Positions 27,370 through 41,042 are shown, counted from the stretch's first letter. The stretch is 64,000 bases of DNA from Octopus sinensis (GCF_006345805.1 NC_042999.1:134106001-134170000); one strand, 5' to 3'. Translations and numbers: made by a program. The notes: generated by a model from the letters alone, not told the origin.

Positions 27370-28140
27370 GTCCGGTCAAGTATGGGGACATGCGCCGTTG
27401 CACCACGTCGCTGCATTCACCATTTGTCGCGGTATGTTTCCTGGTCCTCTCGAATAGATATTTGGCCGAATGGTGGCTCGATAAAGTTGTGGTGCGCTTA
27501 TTGGCAAAATTAGGATTACAGTCTTAGAATTTGCTGATGACGCAAAATCTGTATGCAGATTTATAACTTATCACTTAGCATTCCTCTTTCTCTCTCTGTA
27601 TTCGTCTGGTACCCTTTTCTATGTCTCATCATTGCCGAGTTTTGGGATGCTTTAAGTAGCACTCTCCTTTCACTGAGTGAAAGAACGGAACCACTTGACC
27701 TTAGAGTCTCTTGGGTCAAGACAAAGATCCAGTCTTTTGTTGGTTTCTTGGAGTATTCCACCTTGTCTGTCTTTGTGGCGGGTGAGAAGGTCGAAGTTAT
27801 CGACCGACCGCTTCACTCATTTCGGCATTAGCTGCGAGTCTAAAACAGTCTTGGACGAGCCGGTGCAGTTGTTAACTCATTGGACAAGGATATTTGGCAC
27901 AGCTGATATCTTAGCAGGAGAACAAATGTTCAGGCCTTTTGGTCTCTAGTTCTCCCTGCCCTGTTCTATAGTTGTGAGACATGAACACTGCCCGGAACCT
28001 TTAGGAGCTGCCTGAACTCTTTTGGTACAAGGAGGCTTCGTAGGATTATGGGGTACCACTGGTCGGATTTCGGGTCCAACGAACGACTCAGCTCAGAAAT
28101 TGGGATGCATCCTGTTACTTGTATGATTTGGGAATGAGGG
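27370..28140 (+). pseudogene. RTE-clade LINE reverse transcriptase remnant
   Basis: SCGALIGKIRITVLEFADDA (catalytic FADD near 27530), LRVSWVKTKIQ, GEKVEVIDRF, LVLPALFYSCET*TL, RRIMGYHWSDF; stops and frameshifts present. Confidence 0.9.
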
Positions 28141-28221
28141 TTGTGTTAGTGTAAAAAGCTTGTGTCACTTGCCTGTAAAAAAGGTCAGAGAAAAACTTTA
28201 ACTCTTCACCACAATCACCTT

Positions 28222-28530
28222 TATCACCACCACCACCACCACCACCACCACCACCACCACCACCACCAACACCACTTCCACCACCACCACAACCACAACC
28301 ACCACTTCCACCACCACCACCATCACCACCACCACCACCACCACCACCATCACCACCACCACCACCACCCACCACCACCACCACCACACCACCACCACCA
28401 CCACCAACACCACTTCCACCACCACCACAACCACAACCACCACTTCCACCACCACCACCATCACCACCACCACCACCACCATCACCAACACCACCACCAC
28501 CACCACACCACCACCACCACCATTACCACC

Positions 28531-28562
<32 letters not shown>

Positions 28563-28620
28563 CAACAATAGCACTACTATCAACACCACCAGCACCAGCA
28601 CCGCCGTTGCCGCCGCCACA
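28222..28620. repeat. (CAC)n/(CAA)n trinucleotide tract
   Basis: Direct inspection; explains the poly-H/V/G ORFs. Confidence 0.95.
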
Positions 28621-29584
28621 GACGTCGCTTCCACAGTTGCCACTGTAGAAAGAATTGTCAACACAGCCACTACTGCCTCCTCCTCCATCTTCACTTACTC
28701 CCATTAGCAACCACTTGCTATGCTCTTTCCCTGTCCAATCACAACAATTACAGCAATCACCACCACGATGACTACTATCACCACCACCATCGTCGTCGTC
28801 ATCATTATCATCATCACCACCACCACCACCATCATTAACAACAACAGCAACAATACCGACATGACCATTTCCCTCGTTCTCGTCCTACGAACCTGTTTGT
28901 CCGTTTCACCTAATCTTTGTTTTATACGCCAAACGGGTGCCGTGACACGTACGGTCGCTTACACACAAACACCCGATCCATACACGCACTCTCTTTCTAT
29001 CTCTCTCTCTCTCACACACACACACACAACAGACACATACAAACACAGAATCGCACACACATACACACACAGCACACAGTTAATGGTGCCAGACAAGAGA
29101 ACTATACAATTTTTTTAGATTACAAACCAACTCGATCTATCTTTAGTTATCACTTCTACAAACATGATGTCTGTCTACACCCTGGCAGACCACCCTGTTT
29201 GGCCACGTTGACAGCTAACGATCTTTTATACACACATTAACTGTATCCCACTCACACATCCACTTACATCTACCCTAACACTTTCAAATGTATACACACG
29301 TACGCACACGTATACCACGATATTCATATACCCAAGAATTTACACAGATGAAGTCATACGCGAAGACGTTTGTCTTATACAGTTAATTTCGGTTTTCTGA
29401 TGGCAATCGGGTTTTATTTAGTTGTTGAACAGTGAGGCATTGCAGCCGTGACCATTGCTTTTTTTTCTCGAGATATGTAATCATTTGTGGTAGTGATGGT
29501 AGTTGTCACTATCTGTAATGATAGTATTGGTAGTGGTGGTGGTGGTGGTTGCGGTAGCGGTAGCGGTGGTGGTGACCCTTTGTG

Positions 29585-29932
29585 GTGGAGGTGGTGGTAG
29601 TAGAGGCGGCAGTGGAGGAAGTAGTAGTGGAAGTGGTGGTAGTAGAGGCGGCAGTGGAGGAAGTAGTAGTGGAGGTGGTGGTAGTAGAGGCGGCAGTGGA
29701 GGAAGTAGTAGTGGAGGTGGTGGTAGTAGAGGCGGCAGTGGAGGAAGTAGTAGTGGAGGTGGTGGTAGTAGAGGCGGCAGTGGAGGAAGTAGTAGTGGAG
29801 GTGGTGGTAGTAGAGGCGGCAGTGGAGGAAGTAGTAGTGGAGGTGGTGGTAGTAGAGGCGGCAGTGGAGGAAGTAGTAGTGGAGGTGGTGGTAGTAGAGG
29901 CGGCAGTGGAAGAAGTAGTAGTGGAGGTGGTG
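29585..29932. repeat. 42-bp minisatellite, about 8 near-perfect copies
   Basis: Unit agtagaggcggcagtggaggaagtagtagtggaggtggtggt recurs every 42 bp (e.g. 29641, 29683, 29725). Confidence 0.95.
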
Positions 29933-30099
29933 TTAGTGGTGATATTGGTGGCGGTAGTGATGATGATAGAGGTTGTGGTAGTGGTGATATTAGTGGAGAT
30001 GGTGGTGGTGGTGAATGGTTATCTTCAAGAATGAACGTTTAACTCTCATTTGCTCACATTATTTAACGTGCCGTTTATCACATTAAACAACATTTATAG

Positions 30100-30665
30100 T
30101 TAAGTGATATACAAGCTTGCATCTAAGCACATAGTTCCGAGTTCAGTTCCACGTTCGGCGAGTGTCTTCTATAGTCTCGGCCCGACCAAAGCCTTCTGAG
30201 TCTATTTGGTGCGAGTGTGCTTGTGAGTCTTTGTGTCTGTGTTGTCCATCCATCATCGCTAAACAACCAGCATTGGTGTGTTTATCGGCAAAGGGACCGA
30301 TAGAATAGTCACAAAGAGACCTATTTCTTTACTACCCACAAAGGGCTAAACATAGAGGGGACAAACAAGGACAGACAAACGGATTAAGTCGATTACATCG
30401 ACCTCAGTGCGTAACTGGTACTTAATTTATCGCCCCCGAAAGGATGAAAGGCAAAGTCGACCTCGGCGGAATTTGAACTCAGAACGTAACTGCAGACGAA
30501 ATACCGCTAAGCATTTCGCCCGGCTTGCTAACGATTCTGCCCGATAGAACAGTCACCAGGTTTTAAAAAATATAAAAAGTACTGTGGCCAATTCGTTCGA
30601 CTAAAGTTCTTCAAGACGATGCCCCAGCATCGCCGCAGTCAAATGACCGAAATAAAGCAAGAGAA
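30100..30665 (+). mobile_element. Degraded SINE family A with nested antisense Meta-SINE (30313-30540)
   Basis: 16-bp TSD ccgatagaa(t/c)agtcac at 30297-30312 and 30541-30556 flanks the inner SINE. Confidence 0.85.
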
Positions 30666-30909
30666 AATTACTATTTCTATTAGACAGCTATCAGAGTTGT
30701 TGCTGTTGGTATCCAGGCTAAAGTAACAATGATTAGAGGAAGATTTAGCCGATATTTGTAATAGACCGTGCGACCTCTGTACGACTACATCGTTAGTTCG
30801 AACCTGGCTTATAGACGGCTAATTTAGTGTATGCGTTTACATGTCAGTTTTGTTTTTGTTCAATTGTGAAATGCGTGATTTTTTTTTTCATGTATTGTAT
30901 ATCTTCCAT

Positions 30910-31170
30910 CTTTTACGTGTTTCAGTCATTAGACTGCGGCCATGCTGGGACACCTCCCTAAAAATTTTAATCGAGTTACGGGGATGTAAATACATTGGCA
31001 TTGGGACACAACATACACACACACACACACACACACATACACAAATATACATGACAGGCTTCTTTCAGTTTCCGCCTACGAATTCTACGCACAAGGCTTT
31101 GATTGGCCCGAGGTTCCACTGAGTGGGACTGAATCCAGAACCATGTGGTTGGCAACCAAGCTTCTAACCA
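30910..31170 (-). mobile_element. SINE family A, internally deleted
   Basis: gtttcagtcattagactgcggccatgctgg...gggactgaatccagaaccatgtgg. Confidence 0.8.
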
Positions 31171-31794
31171 CACAGCCAGGTCTGCACCTATGCGCGAAAT
31201 ATTTTAAACGTAATATCAGCCAGTCACAGTGAGCATACGACTGTTCGTCAGTGAGACCCGACAAGAAAGACAGTAGACTCCAATCAGTGAATAATACTTT
31301 TTGAAGTATATCTAATCTACACAACACTTTATTCAGCAATTCCTTTCACTTAGCAACGGATTCTTGTGAAACGGCTATTGTTATTATAAATAGCTATTAC
31401 AACCGCTACTATTACCATTACAGCTGTCAGTGTTATTACTACTGGTACCCAAGACTGGAAACTATTCTTTAAGACAAGCAATATCGAACAAGGAGATGTT
31501 TGTAAGTATTGTCATGGGAATCGTTCAGTTCTGTTTCTATTATTGCCAGAGGACAGCATATCTTACGTGTATGAAAGTGAAGACGCAAAGTATACAGAAA
31601 TGTAATTAAACTGAAGCAAACTCTTCCAGTTAACTGTAAGCATAAAATAATTGACAAATGCTTACGGTCTAAATTATTTGATATCACATCTTTTGATTTG
31701 CATGCTCAGGATTGATGTTGCACTTTTGAAAATGTTTAGAGCAAAATCCCGACAATGTACAAGTATAGGAAATTCTTATTAACCAACTGTATCC

Positions 31795-32036
31795 CCAGTG
31801 GTTAGGGCAGCGGACTCGCGGTCGGAGTGTCGCGGTTTCGATTCCTAGACCGGGCGTTGTGTGTGTTTATTGAGCGAAAACACCTAAAAGCTCCACGAGG
31901 CTCCGGCAGGGGGTGGTGGTGACCCCTGTTGTACTCTTTCGCCACAACTTTCTCTCTTTCTGTTTCTTGAGTAACGCTGCAATGGACTGGCATCCTGTCC
32001 AGCTGGGGGGAACACATACGCTACAGAAACCGGGCC
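31795..32036 (+). mobile_element. tRNA-derived SINE with V-domain-like segment
   Basis: cagtggttagggcagcggactc...ggtttcgattcc (boxes A/B); gcaatggactggcatcctgtccag...gctacagaaaccgg. Confidence 0.75.
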
Positions 32037-32494
32037 CTTGAATGTTTTATTAACAGTATCAAACTGAACACAATGTTCAACACCAGTACGAAGCTACTTT
32101 CCGTCACTTAAGTATTTATACATTTTATTCACGTTTTGCGATTTTCATGCAAAGATTGTTGTTTTTATGCAGTCACCAACATAGCCACAGCCTTAGGGCT
32201 GGAACGTATAAAATAACAAATGAATCAGAATGCCCTTATTACAGGTTTATAACAAAACACTATACATCATAGATTACTTGAATTTAGATTATTTAAATTT
32301 AGGGAGGCCAAATTATATATATGCACTAGCAGTGGACAGCCTCAAGTGAATATCAGTCGTTATCATCAACATATACTGCTAATACGTTATCAGAACCTTT
32401 GTAACATGCTCAATATGATCATAATGATTTTATTCATCTGGCTGCTATTAGAAAGGGTTATAAATGCGTTTTACGGTGGTAGTAATATTTAACG

Positions 32495-33400
32495 GTTTCA
32501 AAATTTGGCACAAGGCCAGCAGTTTTAAAGGAAGGAATAAGTCGATTACATAGATCTGAGTGCTTGACTAGTACTTATTTTATCGACCCCAAAAAGGGCT
32601 GGAAGGCAAAGCCGACCTCGGCGGCGTTTCTTCCGCACTTATGTGGAAGAAAGAGTCTTTACTCAAAAACGAGTCAGTCTTAATAATAATTGTTTCTAAA
32701 ATAAGTGCAAAGCCAGGAATTTGGAGGAGGGGTTATTCGGTTAAATCCACTCCTCTTCGTGACTAGTACTTCATTGTATCGACCCCACTGGGATGAAAAG
32801 GGCCAGAATGATTACCAAAGTCATTTTTTCTGATGCTCAGACGATTCTGCCAGATGTTCGTGGAAGTGGGTAAGTCGATTACATCAACCTCAGTGCTTAA
32901 CTGGTACTTGTATTGACCCGAAAGGATGAAAAGCAAAGTCGAGCTCGGTAGAATTTGAACTCAGGACGTAAAGATGGACGAAATACCCATTTCTTTACTA
33001 CCCACAATGAGCTAAACACAGAGAGGACAAACAAGGACAGACAAACGGATTAAGTCGATTATATCGATCCCAGTGCGTAACTGGTCCTTATTTAATCGAC
33101 CCCGAAAGGATGAAAGTCAAACTTGACCTCGGCGGAATTTGAACTCAGAACGTAACGGCAGACGAAATACCTATTTCTTTATTACCCACAAGGGACTACA
33201 CACAGAGGAGACAAACAAGGAAAGAGAAACAGATTAAGTCGATTATATCGACCCCCAGTGCGTAACTGGTACTTATTTAATCGACCCCAAAAGGATGAAA
33301 GGCAAAGTCGACTTCGGCGGAATTTGAACTCAGAACGTAGCGGCAGACGAAATACCGCTAAGCATTTTATCCGGCATACTAACGGTTCTTCCAGCTTGCA
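32495..33400 (-). mobile_element. Cluster of Meta-domain SINEs including a multimer with 184-185-bp period
   Basis: gaaatac recurs at 32980, 33164 and 33349; head near 33400; followed by (TAA)n to 33500. Confidence 0.85.
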
Positions 33401-33424
33401 ATAATAATAATAATAATAATGATG

Positions 33425-33482
<58 letters not shown>

Positions 33483-33782
33483 TGATGATGATAATAATAA
33501 AATCTAGAGTCATATTTTTTACATTTGTAGCTGTTTCTGGTTCTCCTCAAAAGTCAGTTGCTACAACAACTATAATAAATAATAAAGATGTTGACATTTT
33601 AATTGATTTAGGATGTACAAAACATTTTTATTTGCATCATTTTTGCCATTAATGTGAAATTGCCTCTCAAGTATACTCCTATTATTACTATGGATTCTTT
33701 GACACACAAGAAAACTAATTAGAGATTTTTTACTACGTGAGATGTTGCTTTTAATGTCAATATATATTCTTTTATTCTTTTA

Positions 33783-34579
33783 CTAGCAGCATAGCCCAGC
33801 GTTGCCCGGGTATGTAAGAGCCCCTAGTAGGCAACGACTAATCCCAATCTAGTTATTTCCCTCTAGGGAACGAAGGCGCATGTGTAGGTTGCAATGTCTT
33901 CTCTTCACTCCCAAATAACTATCAAACAGCTATCGATAATTCAACCCAACCAATTCCTACCAGGAAGAAATTACATTCGAGACTTTACCCCCAACACCGC
34001 TAATAGCTGCTGCAGCCGCAAGTTATTCGAATACTTTTTTTGTTTATACTTTCTTTATAACTACCACCCCAAACGTTTTACCTTAAATTGTTGACGTACC
34101 CTAAGGGTCCTCGGACGCTACTTGCAAACTCTTGGTTTATTATAAACCGCTTTTGTCGTGTGCACCAAAAAACCTTTTCCATTCGTTTGTTCAGTTTGGT
34201 CACTTTTGACTTTTTCGTTATTGTCACTCACATTGCTGCCCGCTCTTTTGCCGTTTTTGTACATTGTTATACATTTTGGGATACTTACCCCACGTGTTCC
34301 GAGAGTTAAAAAGGTCGAGTTGCATCCCCTAGACAGTCTGTAGAAAATGTGTTGCATATAAAAAGCTTAGATTCTCGACCCATGTCGAATTTATCGATTT
34401 TTTTCAGAACTGGGGGAACTTTTCAAAATTTTCGCTGCGTTAGTTTTGAATTATGACATTGGGCTATGTGTGTGTCAAGTTTCATCAGAATCGATTGAAA
34501 GCCGTGGTCAGAGTGAGGGTACAACCTGACAGACACACAGACACACAGACAGACAAACTGCCGTTTATATATAGAGAGA
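33783..34579 (-). mobile_element. Non-autonomous Helitron (797 bp)
   Basis: Minus strand A|TC start, (TGTC)n, 3' hairpin cccgggcaacgctggg, CTAG|T end, no TSD; sits inside a SINE A tail (ttcttttattctttta | tatgtttcagcc). Confidence 0.85.
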
Positions 34580-37500
34580 TATGTTTCAGCCTTGAGGCTG
34601 CGGCCATGCTGGGGCAAATTTTAACAATTTTTTTGGTACTCAATTTGCTAGGGCAAAGTCTTACGTATCATTTACAATTGTATGTCCTTTTAAATTGTGT
34701 GAGGAGGCGGGTGGTTAAAACGGACGGACTATCCAAAATGACGCTTGGAAATAGGATTTCCAGATATCATTTAACTCTTTGGTTGTCCTAAGCATTTTCA
34801 TAAGTTTGTCCTAAAGGTTCATACTTGTTTTCAGACTTTTAGTTAGCCCTTGTTTCATACGTTCTGAATAATATGAAATTTTCCTTTCATAAGTCTCAAG
34901 TTATTCTAGTGGTTGAAACAAAATGGAGTGTGTATTATATATGATGCATGAACACAAGGGAAATATGTTTTGTGTATCACATGTGACACACAGGACAGTC
35001 AAAATGTTAACCTCAATAATAGTTCCTTAACATGTGACGCCGACCATCACGTATTCTGCTGTAAATGAAATAATCAGGAGAGTGCGATGAACAAATCTAT
35101 CCTCTTTTAATAGATATTTGATCAAATAAATTATAGCTGCCGGGGAGCTAAGAGAAAAAGGCTTGCACAGTGAAGAATTCTTCTATAAACCTATGAATTC
35201 GTGAAAGAGTTAGAATCCTTTCATAAAATGTAGAGATCAGATATAATGGTATTTCACCTACAATCTCAAAATTAATGGTATATGCAACTGAAAGTAACTA
35301 CAGAGTACTATTCAATTATTCAATACTATGAATCACCTCAGATTCTGTCGACTCATATCTATGAATTTTCTGGTTTTGCACCACAGTCACTTGTATCCTA
35401 TACACCTACATTCACATTTCAGAACGATGTTCAATTATTGTATGGTTCACATTTCTGCAATTTTTCCTATTATTGTTCGTTTGCTTTTGACAAACCCTCT
35501 AAGGGGTAATGAGGGGTGTTGCAAATCGCTCACTAGATTCTTATCCAAGATTCAAATCCTAGGCTAGACTTTTATACGTGTTCCTTTCTATTGTTCTCGA
35601 TATTTGTACTAAGAAATTTAGGAGAGTAAACGGTTACATATATTCTATTCTTTAACTAACCATTTCACGTCAAACTTAGGTCAAGATAGATAACAGACAA
35701 AAGTTATCCTTTGTCTAGCCTGACCTAATTTAGTTATGAGAAAATATAAATACAGAGCCCAAATTCAGGTCTTTCTCCTTTCGTTTGTCTCCCATGGAAG
35801 AAGCGCTTCATGCAAGGGACAAGACGACTTTTTCCCTCTTTACTTGTCAACACAGTGAGGTAAATTATTTTAATCTTTCTCTCTCCGTCTTCCATCCGCA
35901 CTCCTAGCAGTCAGCAAAAGATGAATTTATCTACCTACAGAATGGGTAACAGGACTGCAAATAATCTCTGTATAACAACTCGATGAAGTTATATTTTGCA
36001 TTGTAACAATGAAAATGAAGGCCATAATCAATTAACATTTTCTTCCTTTCACCTATCTGCTACATATAATCGTTACCAATAGTAATCTGTAGTTACTTTC
36101 AAACATTATGATCGGCCTGCTGATTGTATTGTTATCATCACACAAATTGTTTAATATTTCAGCTAAAACCTCCAAATTCTTTAATATACAAATGTGTTTG
36201 TATATATACGCTCTATTCAGAACAGTGATTTTTCTAACCCTAACAACTTCTGAGGCTTTGTAAGTTGAATTATGTTTACATTTTAAAATATAATCGTTGC
36301 GATTTTACCCACCCCTGTCAACGCTGCTCGTTAATTAACATGTGATTTTAAGGAATTAAATGAGTTGGGGACATTCTTGTGTATCAAACAGACGTCTTTG
36401 AGCACCTGTTAACCTTGTATAATCCAAGTTTAAAGTCGGCAAACATTTGACAAATATAGCATAAAACCAAAATTACTAAAATATATAAAGGTTATCTGTA
36501 TTCAGCCGGATGTTTTATATAAGGAGTAAGTACTTGTAATATAAAACATCCGGTCGAATACCATAAACTTTTCCGTTGACTGACCCCCACTACACAACGA
36601 AACTATAAATTTCTCTTATCCCTGTTATTCTTTTATGCTTAAGATAAGTTACGGCATATGATTAGAGCTATACAATTTTCATAGTGTTAAGCAAATGGAT
36701 AGATATATCTTTCTAACATTGCATCGCCGAACTTAACCATCATGTTATACCCGCCTTCCTTCTCTTTGTAACCCTAACTGTACAAGAAACAAATAATTTA
36801 ATTCTTTACTTTTAGACCATCCCTCGGTTTTCTTTGTATAATTCGCACTAAAATTGTACAATTCACCCATCCAAGAGAACTTGTCAGGCATTGCTCCTAG
36901 TATTCTGGCTAATTTTTACTAATTTAGGTGTAAGGCCAGCAATTAGGTGTAAGGCCTGGGGTTTAGTCGAAGGTAGAAGTCTCATTACTAAATGGTATGT
37001 TAGCCTATCGATTCTGGAGGAATGAAAGATAAAGTTAACCTTAGCGCAATTTGAAATCAGAACGTAACCAGGCTTGGACCTGCAAAACTCTAAACAATAT
37101 CATTACCTTTGCAGTTCCACTTACAATGAAATCGAATATTAAGGACGGATATATAGAGTGAAAGAGTGCTTCATTAGTACTGAGCTGGTACTTCACTTAT
37201 CGACCCCAAAGGAGTATAAGATAATGTTAACCATGGTGAGATTTGAACTCAGAGCTTCGAGAGTAAGAACAAATATCGCAAAGTATCCTATCTGAAGCTC
37301 TAATAATTCTGTCAGTTGATTATCTTCGTGTAGCTATACTACATTTCCCTGAAATAACAGTAACTCCCTGTAATTTCCATCCTAACGGCCATTTTATCTA
37401 ACTGCTGAAACTTATATCAATCACAGTGAGGTTCTGAGAAGGGGAAACATTGTCGTATTCTTTGTATGACTGATCAATTTTTTTTAAATATGAACGCTGC

Positions 37501-38044
37501 AGTTAGTTTGCACAAGCAAATATTAGTTTCAAATTTTGATACAAGCCCAGCAATTTCCAAACGATTCGGCCAGCTCGCCGCCTTAGTTTGCATGAAGAAT
37601 TATTGGCATCTTACTACTAAACGTAACATTTCTCTGAGTCACCGAGAGCATTATCTAATTAATCTTTTCTCTCCTTCATCCTTTCCTTTTATTTCTCTAT
37701 TTAATCTCTTTCTAATTCCTATTCTTGAACCCTTACTTCCTGCTGAGTTTGTTGGTGTCCCGTGTTGTATGACTAGGACATTTTTAAAACTGTCGGAGCC
37801 TACACCTCTTCAGGCAGAAACACAGCCATTCCCTTCGAGGGAAAAGTAGAGAGAGAAATACAGAAAATGAAAGCGTAAAAAAACTTGTAGGGAGAGGCGA
37901 CAACTCAGAAAGTGCTTTATTTATCGACCATGAAAGGATGACGGCAAGGTTTGCTTAGACAGAATTTGAAGTCGTAACGAATACCGCAAAGCAATCGAGC
38001 CGCCTCTCTAATGATTTTACAAATTCGCCATCTTATCTCTCTAA

Positions 38045-38447
38045 TCTATAATATAAATTGAACATGGGCGATCGTTGTATTCTTTCTTGTATCGAGGTTC
38101 ACAGCCAAACGGCTGGTTGGATTTGCGTGAAAAATGGCACACATGTGGAGACGGGTGCATAGATTGGAAGGCGCTTTGCATTTTTTCCTAGCATCCATAC
38201 TTACCGAGAAAATCGATTAAAACTTTTCGAATGGAATTCCCCTCTTTCTTCCGCCATTACAACAAACAGTTGCTTAGAAGCCGTTTTCTGACGGGGTGGG
38301 GTCAGGATATTTTCATATAGCCGGAGGCTCCAATCGAAACAGGGGACCCGAAATGATAAGGTTGAGAAACGCTGTTATAGATTATGCCAAAAACGATCAC
38401 AGTCACATCATCCAAACAGACCCGGTGAAACCGGGCTTAGCTGCTAG
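38045..38447 (+). mobile_element. Non-autonomous Helitron (403 bp)
   Basis: A|TCTATAATATAAA start, hairpin cccggtgaaaccggg, ends CTAG|T. Confidence 0.8.
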
Positions 38448-38489
38448 TATACATATAAGCATGTATATGCAATATATATATATACATAC

Positions 38490-38533
<44 letters not shown>

Positions 38534-39491
38534 GTTAAACTTTTCCTGGGCGGACAGTGACGTCAAAGTATCCACCTGTCAATCGTCGTCAGACTGCCGA
38601 AGCTTCGAAGTCACTGAAGCTTCGAAGTCACTGTTAACGCTCTGGCAAAAGCTTAATGAGCCCATATTCAACTTAAAAGTGTTGCATAATTTTTCAGCGT
38701 AATACTAAATTGTATTTATATATACAATGACATAAAAACTAACATTAATATACATTTGTATATCTGTATTTGTATGTGTGTATGTGTATGTGTGTGCATT
38801 CACCCCCCCCCCATACCCGTCTACCTTACAGTCAAGCAATGATCTACAATATAGTACAGATGGTAGGTAAGTAGTTAGCCAGGAACTTGAAATTAAACTG
38901 TTTCTATTTAATAAAATGTTCATCAAGTCGAAAGCAGTATCCAATTTACCGAACCGTATAATTAAAATACAAGGATATAAAAAAAAATGCATTCAAACAA
39001 AATCTGTAAGGACAGCCATAAAACTAAATAAGCTAAACAGAACAAATAACTTTACCATGAAGCTACCACATCGCTTCCATTATGAAAAAGGAAACAGTAA
39101 AATATATCACGAGTGTTCAAATGTTTATATGCAACAGTGATTTATGTCACAATCCTTTTGAAGTATAGAACTACCTTAGTGGGTATAATTAATTATAGTG
39201 AATTATTCAGTGCATACTCTGTTTTCATGGCTTCTCAGTTAAGATAAGACCGTCTGCTAATGAACTCGATATGGCAATAGTAGCTTTAAGATTTCTCCGC
39301 TTAACATTTCCTCTCTCAATACGAGCCAATATGTAGATGCATGTTTGTGTTCAAGTAGAGACGCGCACACATACACACACGCACGCACACATACACACTC
39401 TCACTCAAGTACGCACAAACATATACACACGTACACACACTTAGACATACATATACCTAAGCGTATAAGTATATAGGTACATACATAAGTG

Positions 39492-39536
<45 letters not shown>

Positions 39537-39704
39537 GTATATATATTTAGCGTATAAGTATATAGGTACATACATAAGTGTGTGTATATATATATATATA
39601 TATACATACATATATATATATGCATGTGTGTGTATAAAGTATGATTCGGGTGCAAAACTTGTGCATTATGATGTGCATTTTGATGTCGACATAAGTTCCT
39701 TGCC

Positions 39705-39785
39705 TTTCCTGATGAGAAATCTGCATAATGTACTCCTTATTCCTTCGGAATTAGGAATATGCAGCCTTCGAAACATATGTCGAAA
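39705..39785 (+). ncRNA. Type I hammerhead ribozyme, intact core, extended stem II (copy 1)
   Basis: tttc CTGATGA gaa-at-ctgcata...tccttattcc ttc ggaattagga...tatgcag-cc-ttc GAAAC atat GTC gaaa; predicted cleavage after C39781. Confidence 0.85.
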
Positions 39786-40827
39786 ATAAAGGAAATTTGT
39801 CAACAAGTCGTTCAACTCCATTCTTTCATAAACATATATATATATATATATATAATATATATATATACACGTTAAACTTTTCCTGGGCGGACAGTGACGT
39901 CAAAGTATCCACCTGTCAATCGTCGTCAGACTGCCGAAGCTTCGAAGTCACTGAAGCTTCGAAGTCACTGTTAACGCTCTGGCAAAAGCTTAATGAGCCC
40001 ATATTCAACTTAAAAGTGTTGCATAATTTTTCAGCGTAATACTAAATTGTATTTATATATACAATGACATAAAAACTAACATTAATATACATTTGTATAT
40101 CTGTATTTGTATGTGTGTATGTGTATGTGTGTGCATTCACCCCCCCCCCATACCCGTCTACCTTACAGTCAAGCAATGATCTACAATATAGTACAGATGG
40201 TAGGTAAGTAGTTAGCCAGGAACTTGAAATTAAACTGTTTCTATTTAATAAAATGTTCATCAAGTCGAAAGCAGTATCCAATTTACCGAACCGTATAATT
40301 AAAATACAAGGATATAAAAAAAAATGCATTCAAACAAAATCTGTAAGGACAGCCATAAAACTAAATAAGCTAAACAGAACAAATAACTTTACCATGAAGC
40401 TACCACATCGCTTCCATTATGAAAAAGGAACAGTAAAATATATCACGAGTGTTCAAATGTTTATATGCAACAGTGATTTATGTCACAATCCTTTTGAAGT
40501 ATAGAACTACCTTAGTGGGTATAATTAATTATAGTGAATTATTCAGTGCATACTCTGTTTTCATGGCTTCTCAGTTAAGATAAGACCGTCTGCTAATGAA
40601 CTCGATATGGCAATAGTAGCTTTAAGATTTCTCCGCTTAACATTTCCTCTCTCAATACGAGCCAATATGTAGATGCATGTTTGTGTTCAAGTAGAGACGC
40701 GCACACATACACACACGCACGCATACATACACACTCTCACTCAAGTACGCACAAACATATACACACGTACACACACTTAGATATACATATACCTAAGCGT
40801 ATAAGTATATAGGTACATACATAAGTG

Positions 40828-40876
<49 letters not shown>

Positions 40877-41042
40877 GTATATATATTTAGCGTATAAGTA
40901 TATAGGTACATACATAAGTGTGTGTATATATATATATATATACATACATATATATATATGCATGTGTGTGTATAAAGTATGATTCGGGTGCAAAACTTGT
41001 GCATTATGATGTGCATTTTGATGTCGACATAAGTTCCTTGCC

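Noticed and set aside
28115-30042. Poly-His, poly-Val and Gly/Ser-rich ORFs
   Set aside because: Trinucleotide and minisatellite low complexity, with no splice or domain support
31795-31860. tRNA gene
   Set aside because: Boxes A/B present but no complete cloverleaf; continues into a SINE body
38585-38635. CTGACGA on the minus strand and a 17-bp direct repeat at the start of the duplicated unit
   Set aside because: No downstream GAAA or stems, so not a hammerhead
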